A stretch of 64,000 bases of DNA from a virus (IMGVR_UViG_3300042863_001217), one strand, 5' to 3'; shown: positions 18,296-28,928, numbered from the stretch's first letter. Program-made: numbers and translations. Notes: generated by a model from the letters alone, not told the origin.

Positions 18296-21016
18296 TTATG
18301 GTGCTATAGGATCTTCTTTTCTATTGTGTGTAATTATACCATTTGCTACGTATACATCATTAGACTCTACGTCTAATTTATAAACTTTAAATGATCCACT
18401 ATTTTTTACAATAGAAGTAATTAGATGTTCATATCCATCTTGATTAATAAATGAATCGCCAACTAAAATATCATTAGCTTTCATTACAGACCATACTGAA
18501 TTTCTTTTTATAATATGCACGTGATCTTCACTTGAAGTTAATAAACCATCATTAAAACTTAACACGCTATTTACAATGTGTTCAGTATTTTGAGTAACTG
18601 TAGCCGATGTATTAGATAAAGTTGGATTTGTTTGAGACCATTGTATTAAATTCTGATAATTATCTCCATCTGGCATATTACCTATTATCATTGAAGATAA
18701 TTCCATACCAATTGTTAACGATTCTATTGTAGCGTGAGTACCGTTTGATAATTTAACTAAAGTTCCTTCTAGTAAACATCCTCCTGGAGTTCCGGCACAT
18801 AATTCAAATATAGTATACTCAGGTGGTGTTGTATCAGGCTGAACTAATCTCCAACACGTTCCAGATGCATCGTCTACATATACTAATTGATCAAGATTAT
18901 ATAAATCACTATATGGTCCCACATACGAATATACACCTCCATCATTTCTTTCTGCTAACCATGATCTATATACAGTTGGAGTAGGTTTATCTGGTGTTGC
19001 TGTAGGATTTGGAATATATTCGCTGTAACTACATCCAAATTCACTTGTACATCCAATAGTTTGGTCAATTACGAAAATATCATCTGAAATTATAAATACC
19101 ATTTCTGATGAGTCCCATGTACTTGGCACTGAACTACTACATACTGAATATACTGCTCCAGATCTTCCATTATAATAATAAGGTGAAGCTAGCATTTCAT
19201 TAAATGTTCTTTGTATATAACTTCCAAAATTATAACCTAATCCATATCTAAATATGTCCACTGTATCAGCTACCCATACATGATAACATGTACCCGAAGG
19301 TGCATCAGTTGGTCTCGGAGTTGATGTCGGAGGAACTAAGGTCGGTTCTGGTATATATGTAGTTGGTGTTGGTGGAATCGGTGTTGCTGTTGGATAACCT
19401 GCACCTGCACCCGAAGATGAATAACATTGAGATCCAATTTGTGTTATAATAATATTTTGATAATATGCAATTGCTTTTACACATAAAACAACAGGTTGAG
19501 AATATGGTGTTAAATACACTGTATCACTTCTACCATCACACATTGTATATTGTATGTAACCACTATTCCAACTATCTGTTAATTGAAAATTATAAGTATA
19601 ACAAGGTACAGCTGTTGCTGTTGGTGGAATTGGCGTTGCCGTTGGTAGGTTTAACGAACTGTCAAGTATTCTTACATTAACTGTATCTAATACAATACTA
19701 CTAGCATTAGTAAGTTTTACAATCAACCATTCATCACCTTCTGTTAAATTATCAGATTTTGTGGTTAATTCAAATACACCTTGACCATTTACACCCGAAG
19801 TAGTAGTAATTACTACATAACCATTGTTGATAGCTTCAACCAAATCACTTGCATTTGCATTATATGGTCCTAATTCCCACCAAAGTGTTGTTGGTGATGC
19901 ATTTAAATATTGTGTGTCAACTACAAATGTAATTTTTACATTTTCTTCATTGACTTGTGTTTTATTAGCAGAAATACTATAAGTAGGTGGAAACCAATAC
20001 TCATCAGTTACATAACCAAGTACACTATCGTAGTATACAGCATATGCTGATCCTGCTTCATAATACCATCCACTGGGCGCTGTTTCACACGTAGCTATAT
20101 AACTATTGTCACATAAAGTTTGTATGCCAGAGATTAAGCCTGTGTTGATCCAGTTACCGTTACTATCAAATGTAACTTGATCGTATCTTCCAACTGGAGT
20201 AGTTGCAGTAGATAAGCCATAATAATAATTACCAGGATATGTTGATGCTAATGAACTTTGTACCATTAATTGTGCATCGTATGAATTACAAATACCTAAT
20301 AAATTATATTCAAAATAAGTTTGATCTGTTGAATTATTAACATCGTCATTTCCACCTGGAACATCATCAGTTATTAAAATAATAAGTTTAATTGCATCAG
20401 ATCTAAATGATCCTGCAATATTATTAGACAATATTTCATTGATCCCTAAACCACCGGGTTCTGGCGCACCTTGACCATATCCTAAAGGAAAACTAGGTGT
20501 AGCTAATAAATTAAGTTTTGTTTGAAAATCAGTAATTGAACCAACATTACCTAATGGTTGCATACATGTAATAAATTGAGTTCTATTATTAAATGTGTTT
20601 ATCACAGCTTTTTGTGATGCTGGTAAATTTAAGTATATAGATGTCTGTCCATAGTTGTTTGACGGTGGAGATGTTAGATTACCGGCATATTCATCAAATA
20701 TGCAAAGTCCTACTCTATAATTACCTAATGATTCACTATCGATAGTACTTAAAATATTAGCAATACCAGCTTTAACACCATTGATTGCACCGTCCATAGA
20801 TCCAGTATAGTCAACTAAAAATACTATATCTAACCCTGTAGTACATTGAGTTGGAATAGTTAATTTATTTTGGTTTATAGCTAGACCATTTGTAGAATAA
20901 GTCTTAAAAACATTTGAATTGTTAATATTATTAGGACTTAATGGATCATAAGCTAAACTTACAAAACTAGTCGGTGGTACACAAGATTGCCCATATGAGC
21001 TTACAGATAATGCCAT
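18296..21016 (-). CDS. vWA-domain protein with C-terminal Hint (Hedgehog/intein-like) domain and PT-rich linkers: 'Vint'-like structural/adhesin protein
   Basis: vWA MIDAS motifs DIVFLVDYTGSM and LIILITDDVPGG. C-terminal ~150-aa module starts GG|CLLEGTLV and ends ...ANGIITHN, then 8 more residues. Confidence 0.6.
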   Translation of the reverse strand: MALSVSSYGQSCVPPTSFVSLAYDPLSPNNINNSNVFKTYSTNGLAINQNKLTIPTQCTTGLDIVFLVDYTGSMDGAINGVKAGIANILSTIDSESLGNYRVGLCIFDEYAGNLTSPPSNNYGQTSIYLNLPASQKAVINTFNNRTQFITCMQPLGNVGSITDFQTKLNLLATPSFPLGYGQGAPEPGGLGINEILSNNIAGSFRSDAIKLIILITDDVPGGNDDVNNSTDQTYFEYNLLGICNSYDAQLMVQSSLASTYPGNYYYGLSTATTPVGRYDQVTFDSNGNWINTGLISGIQTLCDNSYIATCETAPSGWYYEAGSAYAVYYDSVLGYVTDEYWFPPTYSISANKTQVNEENVKITFVVDTQYLNASPTTLWWELGPYNANASDLVEAINNGYVVITTTSGVNGQGVFELTTKSDNLTEGDEWLIVKLTNASSIVLDTVNVRILDSSLNLPTATPIPPTATAVPCYTYNFQLTDSWNSGYIQYTMCDGRSDTVYLTPYSQPVVLCVKAIAYYQNIIITQIGSQCYSSSGAGAGYPTATPIPPTPTTYIPEPTLVPPTSTPRPTDAPSGTCYHVWVADTVDIFRYGLGYNFGSYIQRTFNEMLASPYYYNGRSGAVYSVCSSSVPSTWDSSEMVFIISDDIFVIDQTIGCTSEFGCSYSEYIPNPTATPDKPTPTVYRSWLAERNDGGVYSYVGPYSDLYNLDQLVYVDDASGTCWRLVQPDTTPPEYTIFELCAGTPGGCLLEGTLVKLSNGTHATIESLTIGMELSSMIIGNMPDGDNYQNLIQWSQTNPTLSNTSATVTQNTEHIVNSVLSFNDGLLTSSEDHVHIIKRNSVWSVMKANDILVGDSFINQDGYEHLITSIVKNSGSFKVYKLDVESNDVYVANGIITHNRKEDPIAP

Positions 21017-21029
21017 TATTTATTTTATT

Positions 21030-24000
21030 TTATTTCGGTGTACAATTTGAGTTAGTAAATATTGCAGTTACTGTAAATCCAACTCCATCGTAGTCTGATT
21101 GATTACCAGTAACATATACATATTTATTATCCCATAATTGAGCAGCGACATTATTGTATATGCTTTCTGCAAATTTAGTATTACTTGCATGATCCCAAAC
21201 TAATAATACTGATGCGGTTCCAGTTGCATCTACACCCCATAGAGTGTATCTAACTTCTTGTGTATTATCACTTACACCGTATGAAGACTCAATTCCAGTT
21301 AAAATCATACCTTCTAAAGCAAATGTATATGGTATTAATACAAATGATTTTTGAAGTGATTGATTTGTAATTTTTTCATCTCTTGGAGTTGCACAAATTG
21401 ATACATGTTCATAACATGATCCTATGCCCGCTTCTCCAGGTTGTCCAGGTTGTCCATTGATACCTGATGTACCATTTGTTCCTGAAGAACCATTTGTACC
21501 ATTTGTTCCTGAAGAACCATTAGTTCCAGATGTACCATTTGTACCATGTGTTCCTGAAGTTCCATTAGTACCACTTGTACCATCTCTACCAGAAGAACCG
21601 CTTGTACCATCTTTACCTGAAGTTCCATTAGTACCACTCGTACCATTTAAACCAGAAGTACCATTAGTTCCTGATGTTCCATTAGTTCCATTAATTCCTG
21701 AAGAACCATTAGTTCCAGATGTACCATTAGTACCACTTGTACCATTAGTTCCAGATGTACCATTAATACCGCTTGAACCGCTTGTACCATCTCTACCTGA
21801 AGAACCATTTGTACCAGAAGTACCATTAGTTCCTGAAGAACCATTAGTTCCTGATGTTCCATTAGTTCCAGATGTACCATTAGTACCATGTGTTCCTGAA
21901 GTTCCATTAGTTCCAGAAGTTCCATTAGTACCGCTTGTACCATTAGAACCATTTATTCCTGAAGATCCATTAGTTCCTGAAGTTCCACGCTCACCGTTTG
22001 TACCACTAGTTCCATTTGTACCTGAAGAACCATTAGTTCCTGAAGTACCATTTGCGCCAGATGTACCATTAGTTCCTGAAGAACCATTAGTACCACTTGT
22101 ACCGTTAGTTCCATGTGTTCCTGAAGAACCATTAGTTCCTGATGTTCCATTAGTTCCTGATGTTCCATTAGTACCACTTGTTCCATTAGTTCCATTAGTT
22201 CCTGAAGTTCCACGCTCTCCGTTTGTACCACTAGTACCATTTAAACCAGATGTTCCATTAGTTCCTGAAGAACCATTAGTACCACTAGTACCATTAATTC
22301 CAGAAGAACCACTAGTACCATTAATTCCAGAAGAACCATTTGCACCTGAAGTTCCATTTATACCATCTCTACCTGAAGAACCATCTGTACCTGAAGTTCC
22401 ACGCTCTCCGTTTATACCATCAGTTCCACTTGTTCCATTTATACCACTAGTACCATTAGTTCCAGAAGTTCCGTTAGTTCCTGAAGTTCCGTTAGTTCCA
22501 TGTGTACCTGAAGTACCATTAGTTCCAGAAGTTCCGTTAGTTCCACTTGTTCCATTTGCACCTGAAGTTCCGTTAGTACCATCTCTACCTGAAGAACCAT
22601 TTGTACCACTAGTACCATTAGTTCCTGAAGTTCCGTTAGTTCCACTTGTTCCATTTGCACCTGAAGTTCCGTTAGTTCCATGTGTACCTGAAGTTCCGTT
22701 AGTTCCAGAAGAACCATTAGTTCCTGAAGATCCATTTGTTCCAGAAGAACCATTAGTACCTGATGTACCACGTTCTCCATTTATACCACTTGAACCATCA
22801 GTTCCAGAAGTTCCATCTAATCCATTACGACCATCAATACCACTAGTTCCATTAGTTCCAGAAGTTCCATTTATACCGCTTGTGCCATTTGAACCATTAG
22901 TACCACTAGTTCCATTTGTTCCAGAAGAACCATTAGTTCCATTTGTTCCAGAAGAACCATTAGTACCAGATGTACCATTAGTTCCACTAGTTCCATTTGT
23001 TCCAGAAGAACCATTAGTTCCTGAAGTTCCATTTGAACCATTAGTACCACTCGTACCGTTTGTTCCAGAAGAACCATTAGTTCCTGATGTACCATTAGCA
23101 CCGCTTGTGCCATTTGAACCATTTAAACCCGATGTACCATTAGTTCCAGAAGAACCATTAGTTCCAGAAGTTCCAGTATCACCTTTAGCGCCTGAAGTTC
23201 CATTAGTACCAGATGTACCATTAGTTCCAGAAGAACCATTAGTTCCTGAAGAACCATCAGCACCATCAAATCCAGATGTACCATTATTACCATTAGTTCC
23301 TGAAGTTCCGTTAGTTCCTGAAGTTCCGTGTGATCCATCCATTCCACTAGTACCATTAATACCAGAAGATCCATCATTACCTCTTGAACCTGAAGTTCCA
23401 TCAGTTCCATTTGAACCTGAAGTTCCATTAGTTCCTGAAGTTCCATTAGTTCCTGAAGAACCATTAGTTCCTGAAGTTCCATCAGATCCATTTGTACCAT
23501 TTGTTCCATTTGTTCCAGAAGATCCATCAGAACCATTAGTTCCATTAGTTCCATTTGTTCCAGAAGAACCATTAGTTCCATTTGTTCCAGAAGAACCGCT
23601 TGTTCCAGGATTTCCAGTTACACCGCTTGTTCCATTTGTTCCATTTGTTCCAGAAGAACCATTTGTTCCAGAAGAACCATTAGTTCCTGAAGAACCATTT
23701 GTTCCTGAAGAACCATTAGATCCATTTGTTCCAGATGTACCATTAGAACCCGCAGGTCCTTCAGTTGCACCTAAAGATGAAACTATATGTGAATAATTTG
23801 AAACGCCTTCTGTATAAAATTTAATAGTTCTATTTTGATTATCATCGTTAATAGCATAAATTTGAACTAATACTTTATCAGTAGGACTTATATAATGTTG
23901 TTCTAAAAATAAGTCTTGATATACATCCACTGGAATTGCAGTAGAAGTGTCCCATCCTATTAATGTAGGTGTAGTTGTTCCCCACACAGCAATTGGTATT

Positions 24001-24914
24001 CCACCTGCATCTGTACGAGTAACCTTAACATATACTTGAATAGCATGTGAATCTACTTCTTTAGTGAAGTGCATTAAAAATGATTGAATACCAGCAGATA
24101 CTACTGCAACACCTAATCCAACTGGAGTTATAAATTGAGTAACTAATACATCTGATTGCAACGGAGTTAAATCAGTAGTTACTATTTGTTGTACACTAGA
24201 TACTGGGATTGGTGAAATTTCATTAAGATCATTTGCACCGCCACCATTATTAACTACAGTAACTGATTCATTCATATAGAATATTTGACCAGTGCTATAA
24301 CCTGCTTCTCCTTGTAAACCATTAACTCCACTTGAACCTGAAGTTCCATCAATTCCTGATGTACCATTAGTACCACTTGTTCCATCAATTCCAGAAGTAC
24401 CATTAGTACCATCTAAACCGTTTAAACTAACTTCTACCCATGGATCATTACCATTAGTTGAAGATGGTGTATATAATTGTGGTAAAAATGTTGGAGGTCC
24501 ACCTATAACATTTGTGTATATTTGTGTACTATTAGGTTTTAAAAGACCTGCGCGAACCCATTGTGGTAACGCTTGCCATTCAGTATCACCTAAAACACCA
24601 TTATTGCCCCAATATCCTTTAGGTATTAAGACATAAAATTTATTTTCTTCAATGACATAAACTAGCATACCAACTGATCGAATACCCGTTGTATATCCAC
24701 CATCGTTTGAAACTGTAAAACCAATATGTGTAACTGGTGCAGGTGCTTCACCCCAAATAGGTAAGGCATTTCTTTCTTCAATTGTAAATACCTTTTGATA
24801 CCCACCCTTTACATGTTGTGCATGTACAATTCCTTCATAAGGACTTAATGATGAACTTGGCGAAATAAAATTACCAAAGGCGTATTGTGTTGAAACTGGT
24901 CTAGTAAATCCCAT
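21030..24914 (-). CDS. Collagen-like repeat protein (virion fibre candidate), 1294 aa
   Basis: Several hundred residues of uninterrupted G-X-Y triplets (GTNGTSGTNGSSG...), flanked by non-collagenous N- and C-terminal domains. Confidence 0.7.
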   Translation of the reverse strand: MGFTRPVSTQYAFGNFISPSSSLSPYEGIVHAQHVKGGYQKVFTIEERNALPIWGEAPAPVTHIGFTVSNDGGYTTGIRSVGMLVYVIEENKFYVLIPKGYWGNNGVLGDTEWQALPQWVRAGLLKPNSTQIYTNVIGGPPTFLPQLYTPSSTNGNDPWVEVSLNGLDGTNGTSGIDGTSGTNGTSGIDGTSGSSGVNGLQGEAGYSTGQIFYMNESVTVVNNGGGANDLNEISPIPVSSVQQIVTTDLTPLQSDVLVTQFITPVGLGVAVVSAGIQSFLMHFTKEVDSHAIQVYVKVTRTDAGGIPIAVWGTTTPTLIGWDTSTAIPVDVYQDLFLEQHYISPTDKVLVQIYAINDDNQNRTIKFYTEGVSNYSHIVSSLGATEGPAGSNGTSGTNGSNGSSGTNGSSGTNGSSGTNGSSGTNGTNGTSGVTGNPGTSGSSGTNGTNGSSGTNGTNGTNGSDGSSGTNGTNGTNGSDGTSGTNGSSGTNGTSGTNGTSGSNGTDGTSGSRGNDGSSGINGTSGMDGSHGTSGTNGTSGTNGNNGTSGFDGADGSSGTNGSSGTNGTSGTNGTSGAKGDTGTSGTNGSSGTNGTSGLNGSNGTSGANGTSGTNGSSGTNGTSGTNGSNGTSGTNGSSGTNGTSGTNGTSGTNGSSGTNGTNGSSGTNGTSGTNGSNGTSGINGTSGTNGTSGIDGRNGLDGTSGTDGSSGINGERGTSGTNGSSGTNGSSGTNGSSGTNGTSGTHGTNGTSGANGTSGTNGTSGTNGTSGTNGSSGRDGTNGTSGANGTSGTNGTSGTNGTSGTHGTNGTSGTNGTSGTNGTSGINGTSGTDGINGERGTSGTDGSSGRDGINGTSGANGSSGINGTSGSSGINGTSGTNGSSGTNGTSGLNGTSGTNGERGTSGTNGTNGTSGTNGTSGTNGTSGTNGSSGTHGTNGTSGTNGSSGTNGTSGANGTSGTNGSSGTNGTSGTNGERGTSGTNGSSGINGSNGTSGTNGTSGTNGTSGTHGTNGTSGTNGTSGTNGSSGTNGTSGTNGSSGRDGTSGSSGINGTSGTNGTSGTNGTSGTNGSSGINGTNGTSGTNGTSGLNGTSGTNGTSGKDGTSGSSGRDGTSGTNGTSGTHGTNGTSGTNGSSGTNGTNGSSGTNGTSGINGQPGQPGEAGIGSCYEHVSICATPRDEKITNQSLQKSFVLIPYTFALEGMILTGIESSYGVSDNTQEVRYTLWGVDATGTASVLLVWDHASNTKFAESIYNNVAAQLWDNKYVYVTGNQSDYDGVGFTVTAIFTNSNCTPK
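21434..23760 (-). repeat. Tandem 9-bp-unit DNA repeats encoding collagen G-X-Y triplets
   Basis: Low-complexity periodic DNA. Produces artefactual ORFs on the opposite strand. Confidence 0.7.
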
Positions 24915-24934
24915 TTTATTTTATATTATTTTTA

Positions 24935-26239
24935 TTATACTACGTTTAGTGTTAATGCACCAGATAGAGGTTGGTCAAATACTTCATATAAAGTGTATGC
25001 ATTTCCTAAATGTGTGAAATCTAATTTAGATACAAATGTAAATGGAATTCCATTCGCAGCATCTGCGAATTTAGCTGTCGTTACATAGTCAGTTGTACTA
25101 ACTGATTTTGGAATTGCAATGTAATATCTTTGTGAAGAAGCCACATTAGCCGCAAAATACAATGTACCGTTAGGTATTTCAGTATTATTTATAGCACTAA
25201 ATGTATCAAAATAAATTTGTTCTACATTATTAGCAGTTCCTTCATTCGCTAACATATCGACAAATACTAAATCAAAATTAGTTGTAGTTGTATTATCGTT
25301 TAAGTAATAATCAGAAGAAGGTGTAGTTAATGAATTAACTCCTGGATAACCTCCATTTCCGTTCCAGTGGAACCAGAATGTAGATGATCCTTCAGGAACT
25401 GGCGTTGCAGTCGGTTCTGGAATTGAAGTTGCAGTCGGTGCAGGAACTGGCGTTGCAGTCGGTTCTGGAATTGAAGTTGCAGTCGGTGCAGGAACTGGCG
25501 TTGCAGTCGGTGCAGGAATAGCTGTCGCTGTAGGTGCAGGAACTGGCGTTGCAGTCGGATCTGGAATTGCTGTCGCTGTAGGCGCAGGAACTTCAGTCGC
25601 TGTAGGATCTGGAACTGGCGTTGCAGTTGGGATCACTTCAGTCGCTGTAGGATCTGGAACTGGCGTTGCAGTCGGGATCACTTCAGTTGCTGTAGGTACA
25701 GGAACTTCAGTCGCTGTAGGATCTGGAACTGGCGTTGCAGTCGGGATCACTTCAGTTGCTGTAGGATCTGGAACTGGCGTTGCAGTTGGATCTGGTATAG
25801 CTGTTGCTGTAGGTGCAGGAACTGGCGTTGCAGTCGGGATCACTTCAGTTGCTGTAGGATCTGGAACTGGTGTTGCAGTCGGAATAATCGCAGTCGCAGT
25901 TGGCAAAATTGTTGCCGTAGGAACAGGAACTGGTGTTGCAGTAGGTGGTATAGGTGTAATATCAGTAACAAATAAAGTATTTGAAACGGTTTCACATAAA
26001 TTAGAGTCAATTATTTTAACTTTATATTGACCCGGTGCTAAACCACTATTACCCGTATTATCGGTTGCATTACCAAATGTAAACGTATTGGATACAATGT
26101 TATTGACAGGATTTTGAAATGTCGGATATGCATTGTTAGGTATCGGTTGATTTGTACCTGCGTTCAGTAAAGTATATTGGTAAGGTCCGACTCCTCCAAC
26201 TACTTGTACTGTAACTGTTCCATTATTAATGTTTGCCAT
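24935..26239 (-). CDS. Pro/Thr-repeat protein (PTATPVPDPTATEVI...) with globular N- and C-terminal domains
   Basis: About 170 aa of PT-rich tandem repeats. Confidence 0.55.
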   Translation of the reverse strand: MANINNGTVTVQVVGGVGPYQYTLLNAGTNQPIPNNAYPTFQNPVNNIVSNTFTFGNATDNTGNSGLAPGQYKVKIIDSNLCETVSNTLFVTDITPIPPTATPVPVPTATILPTATAIIPTATPVPDPTATEVIPTATPVPAPTATAIPDPTATPVPDPTATEVIPTATPVPDPTATEVPVPTATEVIPTATPVPDPTATEVIPTATPVPDPTATEVPAPTATAIPDPTATPVPAPTATAIPAPTATPVPAPTATSIPEPTATPVPAPTATSIPEPTATPVPEGSSTFWFHWNGNGGYPGVNSLTTPSSDYYLNDNTTTTNFDLVFVDMLANEGTANNVEQIYFDTFSAINNTEIPNGTLYFAANVASSQRYYIAIPKSVSTTDYVTTAKFADAANGIPFTFVSKLDFTHLGNAYTLYEVFDQPLSGALTLNVV

Positions 26240-26264
26240 TTGTTTATATTTTTATTTTAATTTT

Positions 26265-27944
26265 TTATCTAAAAGGTTCGCCTTCATATCGACATTCAAA
26301 GTTTGATGCACATTCTCCGCCCATCGGTAATGCATATACGCCTTCTGGATATGCCATTATAAAGTTATTTATGCTATCCCAATAATTAGGTTGCAATGTG
26401 CTACATATATTATATACAATACCTCGTGTTCCATTTATTTCAGCTGGTGCAGACATAAGTTCACTGAATAGTGTATTTTGTATTCCATTAAGATTATAAT
26501 TTAAACCGAAACCTTCTGTTTGTTCAGTTTCTGGTACGAATATGAAATGACAAAAACCTGTTTTACCTAAATCTTCAGGTGTTGGAGTAGGTCTTATAGC
26601 TTCTCCTCCACTACCACTATCTGGTGTAGATGTTGGTTCTATTGGTATCTCAGTTGCAATTGGTGCAGGAATTAGCGTTGCAGTTGGTGCAGGAACTGGT
26701 GTTGCAGTTGGAATAACTGGTGTTGCAGTCGGTGCAGGAATAGCTGTTGCAGTCGGTGCAGGAACTGGCGTTGCAGTCGGTGCAGGAACTGGTGTTGCAG
26801 TTGGTCTTCCCTCAATTGGATCTGGATCTGGTGTTCTAACACCTTCGCATCCAAATATATTATGTGTTAATATTCTCTCAAGACTTAAATCAGTACTCGG
26901 TGTTACACTTCTAAAAATGTAAACAGCACCTGTATTTAATTCACCTTCTATTGTAATTGTATCGTCAAGAGTTGGTGGTATAATAGTAAATCCAGCTTCA
27001 GTTAATGTTTCAGCTGTACATATATAATTAGGTTGTGCTTTTCCTTCAGGATTAAAGCAAACTATAAATTCATAATTTAATCGACCATCTATAATTGGTG
27101 TTGCGGTAGGTCTTATTGCTTCTGTTGCAGTAGGATCTGGAACTGGCGTTGCAGTTGGGATCACTTCAGTTGCAGTTGGATCTGGTAAAACTTCAACATC
27201 TGTTGGTGTTGGTGTAGGTCTAATAGATTCATCTAATGTTGCAGTCGGTGTAGGTCTAATAGATTCATCTAATGTTGCAGTAGGATCTGGTAAACCACTT
27301 CCTCCACTTCCTCCTCCACTACCACTATCTGGTGTAGATGTTGGTGTTATACCAGCACCTCCATCACCTGAACCTCCACCTGAACTAATTGCAGTTGCAG
27401 TTGGTGGAATTGGTGTTGCAGTTGGTGGAATTGGTGTTGCAGTCGGTGTTATACCTGAACCTCCACCACTTCCACTTCCACTGCTATATACAGTAGTTGG
27501 TATTGGTGTTGGATCTGGAATTTGCGTTGCATTTGTAGTTGATGCTAACGTAATAATAAATCCTCCACAATTATCGATTGCATCTGTTTTAGATGCAAAA
27601 TTAACATAAAAATCATTACAATCATATTGAGGCGTAATCCAAATATATTGACCTGAAGTATAACCAGCGGCTACATATCTGTCGTAATCAGTATCTAATG
27701 CACTAATTTTCCAAAATATTAATGATTTTTCTAATTCATTATCAGAAAGAGTTAAATTAGTATTCTGACCAAATATTCTCCAACCTGCCATAGTTTGTTG
27801 AGAATACAACAAATTATAGTCCATTTCAGAATGGGTTAGTGGTCTTCCTAAAGTATGCGGATGTAATGGAAACCATTTTCCATTAACCATGTTTCTATGA
27901 AGTCCGTGTATAAAACTATAATTTTCGATGTTACCGATATCCAT
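26265..27944 (-). CDS. Pro/Thr- and Gly/Ser-repeat protein, paralogous linker style
   Basis: PTATPIPPTATPIP, SGSGGGSG and PTATPVPAPTATAIP repeats. Confidence 0.55.
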   Translation of the reverse strand: MDIGNIENYSFIHGLHRNMVNGKWFPLHPHTLGRPLTHSEMDYNLLYSQQTMAGWRIFGQNTNLTLSDNELEKSLIFWKISALDTDYDRYVAAGYTSGQYIWITPQYDCNDFYVNFASKTDAIDNCGGFIITLASTTNATQIPDPTPIPTTVYSSGSGSGGGSGITPTATPIPPTATPIPPTATAISSGGGSGDGGAGITPTSTPDSGSGGGSGGSGLPDPTATLDESIRPTPTATLDESIRPTPTPTDVEVLPDPTATEVIPTATPVPDPTATEAIRPTATPIIDGRLNYEFIVCFNPEGKAQPNYICTAETLTEAGFTIIPPTLDDTITIEGELNTGAVYIFRSVTPSTDLSLERILTHNIFGCEGVRTPDPDPIEGRPTATPVPAPTATPVPAPTATAIPAPTATPVIPTATPVPAPTATLIPAPIATEIPIEPTSTPDSGSGGEAIRPTPTPEDLGKTGFCHFIFVPETEQTEGFGLNYNLNGIQNTLFSELMSAPAEINGTRGIVYNICSTLQPNYWDSINNFIMAYPEGVYALPMGGECASNFECRYEGEPFR

Positions 27945-27990
27945 TTGATACTTTTCTTTTTTTTATATATTCAATTTTTATTACTTAGTA

Positions 27991-28545
27991 TCAAATATCA
28001 TAGTTTTGTGTTAGATAATAATGATTAGCTATTAGTTCTTTATAAAAATCATTGGAAACTATCTCTATATAGTCACATGGATTTACATAGTTACCTTGTC
28101 GTTGAATATAACTTTCACAGATATAATTCTCTTTAAGAAAATCTAATCTTAAGTTACCTTCAAAAACCTCTTGTACCTTTTTAACACTTAAATTATTTAA
28201 TTGTAATTCTTTAATTGATTCAAAATCTCTTCTTAGATTATTAACAAAAATTGCATGTTTGGATTCTTTTTGAGTTTTTAAATCTTTTAAATACACATTA
28301 AATGATAGTAAACGTTGTATACTTTCTACTCCAGTACCGCAATCACAATCAGGATCGAAATATTGATAAGGAAATTCATTTGTGATATATGCTTTTAACT
28401 CAGCTATGTCTTTAAATCTTAAACTGGTTTTTGTACCATAGAAAGCTTGTCTATTAAATAAAATTTCAGTGACTCTACCGTCATTGTCATTTACATATTT
28501 AAGAGCTTTGTAAGCAGATACTAAAGAGATTCTATCAAATATCAT
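27991..28545 (-). CDS. Hypothetical protein
   Basis: 184-aa ORF. Confidence 0.4.
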   Translation of the reverse strand: MIFDRISLVSAYKALKYVNDNDGRVTEILFNRQAFYGTKTSLRFKDIAELKAYITNEFPYQYFDPDCDCGTGVESIQRLLSFNVYLKDLKTQKESKHAIFVNNLRRDFESIKELQLNNLSVKKVQEVFEGNLRLDFLKENYICESYIQRQGNYVNPCDYIEIVSNDFYKELIANHYYLTQNYDI

Positions 28546-28928
28546 TTTTTAAATGTATTAGTTATCATATAAGCTATTACACCTACAGTTGTTGTAAATA
28601 TTGTCCAAAAGATTTTAACAAAGCCAGTTTTCCACTTCAAAAGATCTCTATGCTCTTCTTGAAGTTTTTCTAGTTCTTTTTGTTTTCTTTCCCATTCATG
28701 TCTAAACTCAGTATTCTTTCTGATCTCAACAATAACACCATCATAAGGATTTAGTAATCTTTGTTTAAGATCACCAATATCATCTTTCATGCTATTTTGA
28801 TTATCGATAAGTTGTTTAATGGATCCTTCTAATTGAACATAATTTGGATCTTCCATTTTATGTTTAAGTGCAGAGAATGCTTCGAGTAATTCTCTAACTA
28901 ATTCGCTATTTGATCTGTTGTCTGACAT
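28542..28928 (-). CDS. Coiled-coil protein with C-terminal transmembrane helix
   Basis: C-terminus IFWTIFTTTVGVIAYMITNTF. Confidence 0.4.
   Translation of the reverse strand: MSDNRSNSELVRELLEAFSALKHKMEDPNYVQLEGSIKQLIDNQNSMKDDIGDLKQRLLNPYDGVIVEIRKNTEFRHEWERKQKELEKLQEEHRDLLKWKTGFVKIFWTIFTTTVGVIAYMITNTFKK

Noticed and set aside
21422-23581. Chain of minus-strand ORFs translating as MVLMELQELMV... (21422..21646, 21647..21952, 21953..22240, 22439..22780, 22871..23122, 23123..23581)
   Set aside because: These are alternative frames of the same collagen repeat DNA. Their composition is an artefact.
21424-23796. 790-aa plus-strand ORF encoding PVP/EPL repeats
   Set aside because: It is the reverse-complement reading of the collagen G-X-Y tandem repeats. 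Periodic low-complexity DNA gives open frames on both strands. The minus-strand collagen gene has real non-repetitive flanking domains and fits the operon context.
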